From: Octopus sinensis
Taxonomy: Eukaryota
Direction: 5' to 3'
DNA: 64,000 bases
NCBI RefSeq assembly: GCF_006345805.1
Contig: NC_042998.1
Coordinates: 194,866,001 to 194,930,000 of the forward strand
Part shown: in pieces, positions 25,801 to 33,879 of the stretch
Layout of the letters: each line of letters opens with the position of its first letter
Position numbering within the stretch: position 1 is the stretch's first letter
The notes under the pieces: model-generated
Database searches by the model: none
Seen by the model: the letters and a program-made list of their open reading frames with translations, nothing else
What the model was told of the DNA's origin: nothing
Program-made: the position numbers and the translations under genes

Positions 25801-28800
25801 ACCAAGCATGAAGTATATTATTAACATAACATCCCAATCTAAATCCCCGGAAGCAGTTGCTTGAAGCTGAAACTTAGGTTGAAGTATTCATAACTGAACA
25901 TTTTTATCATTGTGTGCACTTAGATTTAGTTTAACAACAGTAAAATAATCAACTTACAGATGTAAAAATTAATCAGCTAATTATCATTTAATTGCTCATA
26001 CCCCTACTAAATGACTGACATACTTCAAAACGAAATCTTAACAAATGAAGCTTTTTAGACATTTAGTCTGTCTGAAATAATTGGAAGGAAGGCTGTTTAT
26101 TTAGAAGTGGTTGGGTAAGGGATTGTGTTTGGTAGTGTTGGTGGAGCTGTTGGAGGGAAGAACCAAATTCTTAATTAGCTAACAATACATTGAAATATTA
26201 AAGGATCTTTAAAGTATTGTTAGAAGATAAAATATGTAAGTTGAGTACATGTGTATGAGAATATACTTTCATTACTGGTCACTAACACTGAATCATCTTT
26301 TTGTTTTCTATTAATGATTGGTTTAATATTACAAGTTATATTATGAAAAGTTTATAAATGGTCTTGAATCCTTTACTTCGAATTGTAATGACAGTTTTCA
26401 TTCTCCCTCTTTCCTTGCTTGTTCATGATTCATTCTATTTTCTGAAGTATTTGGTCCCTATAAAAGTAGATACATTTCATTGAATTTCTTATCCAACAAT
26501 TCATTGGGTCTTACCCAACAATTCATTTGATATATTGGTTATTTGTTAACCAGTATATTTATTCCTTTGTTCCTAAAACCTAAATATACTGCTAGATTTT
26601 TTTTCCTTCCCTGGAACCACCTGACTTATACTAACCCAACCTATTATGAGTTACTACTAAGTGTTATGCCTTTTAACAATAATGGTTTAGATTTGTTTTT
26701 CCAAAAGCATGACAAATAGCTTTAAGAAATAAAACAGTTTGCCTGGAATTCTAATGAACTTGCTGATCTCAAGCATGTGTTAAAAAAAAATTTGTATTGT
26801 GAAATATTTCATAGAGTTTTGGTAAAAATGTAAGTTAAATTAGTATTTAAAGTAAATATTTATTGAACAATATTATTATACATGTAAACGAAAACTGTTC
26901 TTCATAAATTGGTTTTCACTACTTATTCATACTGTATCCTTATTTTTTGCTTATTCTGAGATTCCCCTTTTTAGGCTTGTGCCATTCTACATTGGCCTCT
27001 TTAAAGATTACAATTGAACATATTTATTGAAGCTATCAAAATGTCTTTCAATTAATTTTTATTTCTTTACTGTAGATTGTATTGGTTTCTAACATAGGCA
27101 CAAGGCTATTTCTTATGTCAATTTTATTTCTATTGTAATCTATATCTATTTGTATATATTTTTTTTAACAGAGCTGCTATGATGGAGGGCTCAGGAAGTC
27201 TTGAAGATCAGTTGGAAGCTGTTAAGGTGAGAATCAATTGTGTAAATACAAGATTTTAGAATTAGAAGGCAGATATAGAATTGAGTCAGTTTTTTAATCT
27301 CTCATAGTTACTTCATGTATCTCAAATTAAGAATAAGTACACGATATCTCTGTGTTGTAAGATGTGACTAAAAGGGTTTTAAAACATTGCCTCATAAAGC
27401 CTGTTTAACCCATGCCGGCACGAAAAAGCAAACATAAAACATGCACTGTACTTATTAAGATCACACTAATCACTGCATTTGATATTTAAAGTTATGGAAT
27501 TGGTCTCCCTTGCCATTTTTTTAATCAAAATTATTTTTCTGCTCAGAATAAATCATTTGGACAGTGATTGTTCTCACCACTAAGGACATAATTTTTAGTA
27601 AATTTTTTGGCTTGGTTGTTCCAAAAGTATAGTAACCAGAATAAGAACAGGTTGGAAGAAGTTCAGGAAGCTTCTGCCACTGCTGGCAACACAGGTCTTT
27701 CCCTCACAATGAAGGGTAGATTATATAACACTTGTGTAAAAACTGCAATGCTGCATGGTAGTGAGATATGGACCTTGTAAGCAGAGGAACTGAGGGAACT
27801 GGAAAGAAATGAAGCAATCTGACTCTGTTGGATATGCATTGTAAGTGTGCATGAATAACATGGTGCAAAGATGCCATGAGAAAAATAGTACAAGAGAAAT
27901 CAGATGTGAACAAAAAGCAAGACTGCACTGGTATGATCATGTAATGCATGTGGATGGCAAGTGTATAAAGAATTGCCATTCATTTAATGCAAATAGGGTT
28001 TGTAGAAGAGGGAGACCCAGCAAGACATTGACAAAGTGATTAAGGCTGATCTTAGGATGTTGAACCTCATGGAAGGAATGACTGGTGGTACGCAGTTCTC
28101 AAGATCTGCCCAATTTGGTGAAACTAAGTTCTGAAAGTGTGTGTGCATATGTGTGTAGAGTAAGAAACCTATTCTGTCTGGCTCCTTCTTTCATACTCTA
28201 ACCTCTCCTGTCCTACCATAAAGCCACATCTCCTGAGATTTGTAATCTTGTAAGCTGCAAAGCAACATCACTTGTAATCATCATCATCGTCATCTGTTTT
28301 CCATACTGGCATGGGTTGGACAGTTTGACCAGACTGGCATGCTGGAAGACTGCACCAGACTCCAGTTTGATTTGGCATGGTTTTCTATGGCTGGATGCCC
28401 TTCTTAATGTCATCCACTATCTGAGAGTGTAATGGGTGCTTTTATGTGCCACCGGCACGGGTGCCATTTGTGTGACATCAGGCATGAAAAAAGCACCCAG
28501 TACATACTGTAAATTGGTTGGCATTAGGAGGTGCATCCTGTAGAAACCATGCCGCAATAGGCACGTAAAAAGCACCATCTGATTGTGGCCGTTGCCAGCC
28601 TCGTCTGGCCCCCGTGCCGGTGGCACGTAAAAAGCACCATCCGATCGTGGCCGTTTGCCAGCCTCGTCTGGCACCTGTGCAGGTGGCACATAAAAAGCAC
28701 CCACTACACTCTCGGAGTGGTTGGCGTTAGGAAGGGCATCCAGCTGTAGAAACACTGCCAGATCAGACTGCATGGAAAACGGACGCTAAACGATGATGAT

Positions 28801-31800
28801 GATGATGACGACTGAAGTCCTTGGACACACCTGATTCTGTCAGACCATTTCTCCAATGAATTCTTTAAAATGGTTATTGTAGCAGGAGAATTTTATGTTG
28901 TTTCCATTGTCATTTGTATTTGTTTTTCTATGCTTGTATGGGACCCTCTCCAACACAGTGTCTTGCCACTTGTTGCAGCCTTTAGTCCTCTCTTTCCTGA
29001 GATGTACCTTCACCACCTTTTCCTATTGTTTTTCTAGATCTTCCAGTTTTCCTGTTAGTTTATTCATGCTTTTTTACACAATAAAGCATAATGATTTTAC
29101 TTTTTAAGCTTAATCTCATGTCTTGGATACTTAGAACATATTTACAAAGTCAGAAAACAGCACAGCTCCCATGACTTTCGGAAAGATTTTTTCACGCTGA
29201 GAGTTGCTGAAGCATGGGACAAACTGCCGGCATCAGTTGCTAGTTGTCGGAGCACTGCATCCTTCAAAACTTCCATGCTTTCTGAGATTCACCAACACTA
29301 CACTGATTTTCTCCCCTCCATACACACACAAGCATGTATGTGACTCATACATTGTTCGCTTTCCAGACATTTGTACATTACTGCATATGCTTTATATGCA
29401 CTTTTGACAAGTTGTGGTGCACCTGAGCACTGTATACAATAATTTCATTATTATTATAACAATTTCTCATCTTATGTTGCAAGGGATGCTGAAAAGAATC
29501 TTGTAGTCTGAAGTATTAATTTGAAGTTACATACAAATGTTTATTGACTAATTAGGTTAGATCAGCTAAATCAGATTATCTATTTTTATAGTTTGTCATC
29601 TTTAATTTGGACTTCACATTTAGAAGTTAGTATCTGAAAGACTTGTAACTAGTATAATGAAAATATTTCTAACTTGTCGGTATGTAGTAGTAGTAGTAGC
29701 AATGAGAAGTGAATTCTTTAGATGTTATCTTTTGAATGAAAGTACTATGTTCATTTTTGGTATTTTATATTAAATTTTAGCGAAAAGCATCTGAAGTTAG
29801 AGCACAGAAAGGCCAATTAAAACGGATTGAAGATCTTGGTGCAGCCATGGAGGAGAGACTTATTTTAGATAATAGGTAAGAAATCTTTCAAAATAATTTC
29901 CTGCTTTTTATTTCTGGAAATTGTGGTGGTACTATCATTTACATTAAATTACTTATATTTGTTTAATGTTGAAGATAATGGTATTTGATTTTTAATTATA
30001 TATTAATTTTTATCATTTCTTATTAGGTACACAGAACATAGTACTGTTGGTTTGGCCCAGCAGTGGGATCAACTGGACCAATTAGGTATGAGAATGCAAC
30101 ATAACTTAGAACAACAAATCCAAGCTCGGTAAGAGACTATATAGTTTATATATCAGTTCCCTATAAATTGTTTTAATGTTAAATTAATGGTAGCGACTGG
30201 TTGGTTGTTATATGTTACTGTTAGTAATTTGTTTGTTATCATGGATGTAGAACTTGTATATATTGCTAAATTCTCTTAAATATTTCTAGATATGAAGTTT
30301 GGCTCATAGTTTATCCAAATACAGTAATACTTCACTTTACGGGGATGTGCTTTACGAGACCCTGGGTTTATGAGATTTTACAAGTTTTTTCTGTTTATGA
30401 GTTTTTACTTTACTAGTGTTCCCTGGGAACGAATTTGTGTATCGTGGTATTACTGTACTTTGAAACATCTAGTAATTATTGGTAATCACTTTTTCGTCAG
30501 ATCATGGGTTCTGGCTTGCTCCATGTTTTTGACTAAATTGTTATGGCAGAAATAAATAAAATATTGATGTTTGGCTTCTGGAATATTGCCAAGATTTGTA
30601 GAATATTGTATAAAGTATTATGTCCATGACTAGTGAAATAGTTCCAACTAAGCGTCAAAGTAACTCTCTTCCACTTTACTCGTTTGTTTGAACAACATGG
30701 AGGTGATTTCTTCACTTTTTTTTCATTAGCATTTAAACCTTTCAAATTACTATTATTTCTCTTTCCATTACAGAAACCGCAGTGGTGTGTCAGAAGATGC
30801 TTTGCGAGAATTCAGCATGATGTTCAGGTGAGCTGATATAGCAAATTATGATGGTGTAATCTCTTCTCCCTCTTTTTGACTGTACTAGTCTTACCTAAGA
30901 CAGTAAAATTCTAGGAAATCTCATTAAGAGAAAAGTTCTTGTTCAGATGTTAGAATTCTATTCTCAAACTGAAATGTTTTTCCTGAATTATCGTTTTTAT
31001 AGCTGTGAAATTTCACACTCCTGGCTTACTTTGATGTTTCTATTTGACATAACTATCTATTTTCCAGACACTTTGACAAAGACAAGAGTGGCAAACTTGA
31101 CCACCAAGAATTTAAATCTTGCTTACGAGCTTTGGGTTATGATTTACCAATGGTTGAAGAAGGTCAGGTTGACACGGAATTCAAAGCAATTTTGGATACT
31201 GTAGATCCCAACAGGTCAGTAAAATTTTTCATGCTCTTGTTTTTGATTAAATTAAAACCTCATGAATTTTGTATGTATTTTGTTAATTTATAGTAACTAC
31301 TTAGATTCATCTGTAAATTGGTTTCTATGTTAATAGCTTTGTAAAATAAATGGAAAAATAAATGCAACATGATGGTTATGCTAGCCATTCCATTTGAACA
31401 CTGCTTTGAGGTGTTTTAATAATTTTCTGAATCTTGAATGTTTTCTTTTCAATAGTTTTAGAAACAGCTTTTTGGAATTAATCTAAATTATTCACTTTGA
31501 CTATGGAGAGAGAAAAAAACTTAATTATTTTTCTGAATCTAATTTGTTGCAGAGATGGACAAGTCAGTCTGCAAGAATATATGGCATTTATGATTAGCCG
31601 AGAGACCGAAAACGTTCAATCTAGCTCTGAAGTGGAACAAGCCTTCAGAGCACTCACTTCAGGAGAGAAACCTTATATAACAGCCCAAGAACTATATGCA
31701 GTAAGTTTTATGATATTGACTATTTTGAATAATTGTCTTAATGTTAATCTTTTCAAAGAAAAACTTAAAAGAACTCTCTTGAATTTAACCATGATTTTAA

Positions 31801-31993
31801 AGTATTGTCTTATCAACTGTTAGTAGTTTGTTTCCTACCTTTAACTTTGACATTCTTTTCTTTCTAGAACCTGAGCAAAGAACAAGCAGATTATTGCATC
31901 AGTCGTATGAAACCCTACACAGACAAGACTGGTCGGTCAATACCGGATACATACGACTTCACTGAATTCACCAGATCTTTGTTCATCAATTAG
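1538..31993 (+). CDS. SPTAN1: Alpha-spectrin (non-erythroid type), 3' part of a multi-exon gene; 5' exons lie upstream of the window
   Basis: 26 exons with GT-AG boundaries and compatible phases sum to 3249 nt (1082 aa + TAG). Diagnostic peptides: [100 protein letters not shown], and EF-hands [12 protein letters not shown] and [12 protein letters not shown]. Confidence 0.97.
2439..3095 (-). mobile_element. solo LTR, antisense to spectrin
   Basis: TG...CA termini, 5-bp flanks cttgc/gttgc; minus-strand CCAAT (~2890), TATATAAAG (~2828) and AATAAA (~2456) in U3-R-U5 order; CpG-rich relative to the intron. Confidence 0.6.
3325..3514 (+). CDS. SPTAN1: alpha-spectrin exon ([18 protein letters not shown]...RAINSQ)
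   Basis: taaag|TGCTTGG ... TCTCAG|gtatca. Confidence 0.93.
3546..3931 (+). mobile_element. tRNA(Arg)-like SINE, family 2
   Basis: head ggcgcaatggccca.tggttagggcagcggactcgcgg with A/B boxes; near-identical copies at 12339 and 51490. Confidence 0.88.
4043..4146 (+). CDS. SPTAN1: alpha-spectrin exon ([10 protein letters not shown]...DQVLD)
   Basis: tatag|CAAGAG ... GACAG|gtgaga. Confidence 0.9.
4367..4625 (+). mobile_element. RTE-type retroposon 3' end with (GAT)n tail
   Basis: ggaagggcatccagctgtagaaac...catgctagcatgga...gttaaacgatgatgat; repeated many times in the window. Confidence 0.75.
4660..4865 (+). mobile_element. SINE family 3, 3' part
   Basis: reverse complement of the cagtcatttgactg...gtcaagcgatg module seen at 37755 and 63470. 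Confidence 0.7.
6400..7285 (+). mobile_element. decayed RTE LINE fragment plus long 3' UTR with internal ~70-bp repeats and (GAT)n tail
   Basis: [16 protein letters not shown]-type RT remnant at ~6460-6510; same tail as 4367. Confidence 0.72.
7752..7914 (+). CDS. SPTAN1: alpha-spectrin exon ([10 protein letters not shown]...DPSNIQ)
   Basis: tgtag|ATGGGC ... ATTCAG|gtaagg. Confidence 0.93.
8502..9158 (+). mobile_element. two tandem CR1/L2-type LINE 3' ends
   Basis: [21 protein letters not shown]-terminal motif at ~8527 and ~8887; ends aatttcattattatta. Confidence 0.8.
9581..9616 (+). CDS. SPTAN1: candidate alternative cassette exon of alpha-spectrin ([12 protein letters not shown])
   Basis: ctgaccattgcag|GAG...GAG|gtacaa; 36 nt, phase 0-0, no stop; flanked by pyrimidine tracts; lies at the NIQ/SKHQ junction. 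Confidence 0.45.
11716..11800 (+). CDS. SPTAN1: alpha-spectrin exon ([13 protein letters not shown]...TGN)
   Basis: ctcag|AGCAAA ... AACA|gtaagt. Confidence 0.92.
12111..12295 (+). CDS. SPTAN1: alpha-spectrin exon ([14 protein letters not shown]...DFWLGE)
   Basis: tgtag|ACTTG ... GGTGAG|gtacga. Confidence 0.93.
12339..12722 (+). mobile_element. tRNA(Arg)-like SINE, family 2
   Basis: 12-bp TSD agtttatcatca (12327-12338 / 12723-12734). Confidence 0.9.
12814..12918 (+). CDS. SPTAN1: alpha-spectrin exon ([13 protein letters not shown]...GAHE)
   Basis: catag|GTGGAA ... CATGAG|gtaagt. Confidence 0.93.
13031..13897 (-). mobile_element. non-autonomous Helitron carrying a PIF1-like helicase fragment
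   Basis: 5' TC, 3' hairpin + CTAG, inserted at A|T; minus-strand peptides [46 protein letters not shown] (frameshifted). Confidence 0.9.
14290..14520 (-). mobile_element. SINE family 1
   Basis: reverse complement of the family 1 head and core. Confidence 0.85.
14947..15349 (+). mobile_element. non-autonomous Helitron
   Basis: a|TCtttatatataaaag ... cccgagcaacgctgagcgatactgCTAG|t. Confidence 0.82.
15832..15941 (+). CDS. SPTAN1: alpha-spectrin exon (DRIKDLNTQ...INERYE)
   Basis: tttag|GATCGT ... GAAAG|gtaata. Confidence 0.92.
16039..16137 (+). CDS. SPTAN1: alpha-spectrin exon (IKELAEQRR...EEAWI)
   Basis: ttcag|AATTAA ... ATTAA|gtatgt. Confidence 0.92.
16232..16352 (+). CDS. SPTAN1: alpha-spectrin exon ([14 protein letters not shown]...HEPAIQ)
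   Basis: tctag|AGAAAA ... ATCCAG|gtaata. Confidence 0.93.
16473..16594 (+). CDS. SPTAN1: alpha-spectrin exon (FVQETGRRL...LCVH)
   Basis: ttcag|TTTGTC ... CACAG|gtctgt. Confidence 0.88.
17103..17235 (+). CDS. SPTAN1: alpha-spectrin exon (GQKLEQSY...DTMAAVQ)
   Basis: tgcag|AGGTCA ... GTACAG|gtaatt. Confidence 0.93.
17320..17650 (+). mobile_element. RTE-type 3' end with (GAT)n tail
   Basis: same module as 4367 and 7100; 5' end has three tandem ~21-bp atcgttaccgacgtcaccttact units. Confidence 0.78.
17860..18270 (+). mobile_element. diverged tRNA-derived SINE (family 3-related head)
   Basis: ggtgcaggcatggct...ggttcagccccactg...ctactatagc pattern. Confidence 0.6.
18407..18505 (+). CDS. SPTAN1: alpha-spectrin exon (GLLKKHEAF...NLIDE)
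   Basis: tgtag|GGTCTG ... GATGAG|gtatga. Confidence 0.93.
18792..18951 (+). CDS. SPTAN1: alpha-spectrin exon (NNHNAPAIQ...DVVESWI)
   Basis: ttcag|AACAAT ... GATAG|gtaggt. Confidence 0.93.
19215..19506 (+). mobile_element. diverged RTE-type 3' end
   Basis: ggaagggcatcca motif twice; (GAT)n tail. Confidence 0.65.
20850..21225 (+). mobile_element. decayed CR1/Jockey-type LINE 3' fragment
   Basis: LWNSLPA-like motif (ctctggaattctctccctgct) in C/T-skewed sequence. Confidence 0.4.
21748..21824 (+). CDS. SPTAN1: alpha-spectrin exon ([25 protein letters not shown])
   Basis: ttcag|CGGACA ... AAGCAG|gtaaat. Confidence 0.93.
21962..22098 (+). CDS. SPTAN1: alpha-spectrin exon ([11 protein letters not shown]...DVIA)
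   Basis: tgcag|GAAACT ... GCACG|gtagga. Confidence 0.93.
22168..22738 (-). mobile_element. RTE-type long 3' UTR element, antisense
   Basis: reverse complement of 6720-7285. Confidence 0.8.
22817..23196 (-). mobile_element. non-autonomous Helitron in a (TA)n tract
   Basis: 5' TC and 3' CTAG with hairpin; 5' ~260 bp nearly identical to 13640-13897; 3' part matches 15285-15349. Confidence 0.85.
24156..24345 (+). CDS. SPTAN1: alpha-spectrin exon (WKKLLDDS...CNSVEEIK)
   Basis: ttcag|ATGGAA ... ATTAAG|gtaaat. Confidence 0.94.
24499..24678 (+). CDS. SPTAN1: alpha-spectrin exon (ALREAHDQF...NPYTWF...LQKIIK)
   Basis: tgtag|GCCCTG ... ATTAAG|gtacag. Confidence 0.94.
24743..24962. mobile_element. 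piggyBac-type MITE
   Basis: TTAA TSDs; 12-bp TIR ccctttcgttac / gtaacgaaaggg. Confidence 0.88.
25047..25159 (+). CDS. SPTAN1: alpha-spectrin exon (ERDGELNRE...HSWLTET)
   Basis: tacag|GAACGT ... ACAAG|gtctgt. Confidence 0.93.
25541..25558 (+). CDS. SPTAN1: candidate 18-nt microexon of alpha-spectrin ((R)LWLLDG)
   Basis: ttgctgtgaattcag|ACTCTGGCTTTTGGATGG|gttatt; phase 2-2; peptide matches the vertebrate alphaII-spectrin TYLLDG segment at the same position. Confidence 0.75.
27172..27226 (+). CDS. SPTAN1: alpha-spectrin exon ([18 protein letters not shown])
   Basis: aacag|AGCTGC ... GTTAAG|gtgaga. Confidence 0.92.
27640..28130 (+). mobile_element. decayed RTE LINE RT C-terminal fragment
   Basis: [43 protein letters not shown] motifs with stops and frameshifts. 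Confidence 0.82.
28278..28810. mobile_element. two RTE-type 3' ends in opposite orientation
   Basis: (CAT)n at 28278 and (GAT)n at ~28790; mirrored ggaagggcatcc modules. Confidence 0.75.
29055..29457 (+). mobile_element. CR1/L2-type LINE 3' end with the same 5' leader as 8755-9158
   Basis: near-identical to 8755-9158 from ttagtttattcatgct onward. Confidence 0.82.
29781..29875 (+). CDS. SPTAN1: alpha-spectrin exon (RKASEVR...ERLILDN)
   Basis: tttag|CGAAAA ... AATAG|gtaaga. Confidence 0.93.
30027..30128 (+). CDS. SPTAN1: alpha-spectrin exon ([13 protein letters not shown]...QQIQA)
   Basis: attag|GTACAC ... GCTCG|gtaaga. Confidence 0.95.
30322..30455. mobile_element. Tc1/mariner (pogo-like) MITE
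   Basis: TA flanks; TIR cagtaatac / gtattactg. Confidence 0.7.
30774..30827 (+). CDS. SPTAN1: alpha-spectrin exon ([17 protein letters not shown])
   Basis: tacag|AAACCG ... TTCAG|gtgagc. Confidence 0.93.
31068..31214 (+). CDS. SPTAN1: alpha-spectrin exon, EF-hand 1 ([20 protein letters not shown]...VDPN)
   Basis: tccag|ACACTT ... AACAG|gtcagt. Confidence 0.95.
31553..31700 (+). CDS. SPTAN1: alpha-spectrin exon, EF-hand region ([20 protein letters not shown]...ELYA)
   Basis: tgcag|AGATGG ... TATGCA|gtaagt. Confidence 0.95.
31868..31993 (+). CDS. SPTAN1: alpha-spectrin last coding exon ([10 protein letters not shown]...FTRSLFIN*)
   Basis: tctag|AACCTG ... TAG; typical alpha-spectrin C-terminus. 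Confidence 0.94.
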   Translation, partial: NLSKEQADYCISRMKPYTDKTGRSIPDTYDFTEFTRSLFIN

Positions 31994-32756
31994 CATTTTC
32001 TTATTATTTTCTAATCTCCTTGTAGCTGGCTTTGACAATAATTATTGCCTTTCTTCTCCATTTTCTTTCCTTATCTCTTCTTCTTCAAAAGCTTCCAGGC
32101 ACTTTTGATACGTTGCTTCTTAGTGTGGCACCAACCATTTGCTAGATGGTTATAATCCTCCGTGGTGCCGGTCTGTGTACTTTCTATCATGTCATATTTA
32201 ATAGACATGTCTTCTAAAAAATCTATTCAGAGCTTGCTCCTTCCTGTTCTTATATGTCTACCTTCTTTCTCAGATGTATTCTTCAGTGGCAATCTCAGTA
32301 ACTGTATTGCTAAACTAAATGTAGCAGAAAGCCAAAATTATTTTATTATAAAATATATTTGAAAATAAATTCACTCACCAAATGTCCACTTTATTCTGTC
32401 CAGTTGCTGTGAGACCTGTGCAAGTTTTCTTCTTAGCTTCTTCAAGCTTATAAACTTTCAACATTTTCTGTATTCTCTCTGTTGGCACCTCTAACTGCCT
32501 GGTAAAGATATCTGATAGTCATGAAGAAATCTAGGGATAGGCTTGTCTGATTAGGTTGTGAGATGTATAGTGAGATGTAAGACAGATGGGCCATATTTTA
32601 TACCAATTCACTGCTTCTCTTCTTCTTTAACACTTGAGCAAGTTCCTAAGAAAAGTCTAAACTAATTCACTGTATCTACTAGGTTAATATATATATGGAA
32701 GGATTTTGTTATTTGGAAAGAGGTTCTTGGACATGTTGCTAGCTATTTTTATCTAC

Positions 32757-32804
32757 AATAAAATGCCTTCACCTTCTCAAAATGTCTTGTGTATTTTTTG
32801 TTTT
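32757..32804 (+). terminator. likely polyadenylation signal of alpha-spectrin (alternative AATAAA at 32364-32369)
   Basis: AATAAA at 32757-32762 followed ~20 nt later by a GT/T-rich tract (tgtcttgtgtattttttgtttt). Confidence 0.6.
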
Positions 32805-33375
32805 ACTTAACTACAGGTAATAAATGATTATGTCTTTGAAGATAATTTTGTTAAAATCTAATTTAACAACAGCACATCACCAGCTTATCACCATTTCAGA
32901 TTTCATTTTCTCTGTACATGCTCTCACAATTACTGAGTTATTTTCCACAGGTAGCTTAAATTACAGGGAAGAACAACTAATTTTGTTTGATATTCGGTGG
33001 GGTAGAGAAGATGTGTATGCACGTACACACACACACACACAACACACACACACTATTGTTTTCACATCCACTTTTTCATACTTGCATGGGTTAGAACTTT
33101 TGGGGTAGAGCTTCTATGACCAGAGTCTTCCTGATGCTAACCATCACCATGCAAGGTAAATAATTCCCTAGTCTACCAATGAGTTTCCTAGACATGCTCT
33201 TGTGGTGAACTGCAAATGAAGGACACTATGAACAAGAGGGCTGTGTTTTTGGTCAGCAAACACTTGTGAAGACAAGGGGAAATACTCTTTCTCTCTCTGA
33301 CGGGGACACACACACATGCGCACCAGACCTCAGTTTCCATCTACCAATTTCACTCAAGGTATTGGTTAGCCCAAA

Positions 33376-33630
33376 GGCGGCCAGCTGGCAGAAACGTTAG
33401 CACGCCGGGTGTAATGCGGTAGCCGTATTTCGTCTGCTGTTACGTTCTTTGTTCAAATTCCGCCGAGGTCGACTTTGCCTTTCATCCCTTCGGAGTCGAT
33501 AAATTAAGTACCAGTTACGCATGTGTGTATGTATGTGTGTGTGTGTATGAGATGTAATCGACTTAATCCGTTTATCTGTCCTTGTTTGTCCCCTCTGTGT
33601 TTAGCCCCTTGTGAGTAGTAAAGAAATAGG
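33376..33630 (+). mobile_element. SINE family 1
   Basis: TSD ggtattggttagccca on both sides. Confidence 0.88.
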
Positions 33631-33879
33631 TATTGGTTAGCCCATCACTACAATATAGAATACTATCCAACAGTGTTTATGCAGTGGGACGATACACATA
33701 TTCACATGGCACTGAAGAAAACTCTTAACCTCACAGCTGTATGAGGGAGATTCGGTTAGTATTTCTTGTAGGTTTAATGATTAGATGCGCCTTAATTGGC
33801 TGTTAAAATTCATTAAAATCATTGTAAAATGTCCAGAGTGGTGATGGTAAGTATGAATGTCTGCCTAAGGCTACTAATA

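Noticed and set aside
31991-32010. Stop-codon readthrough of spectrin (TAG C)
   Set aside because: Not the strong UGA-CUAG context and no evidence available from sequence alone
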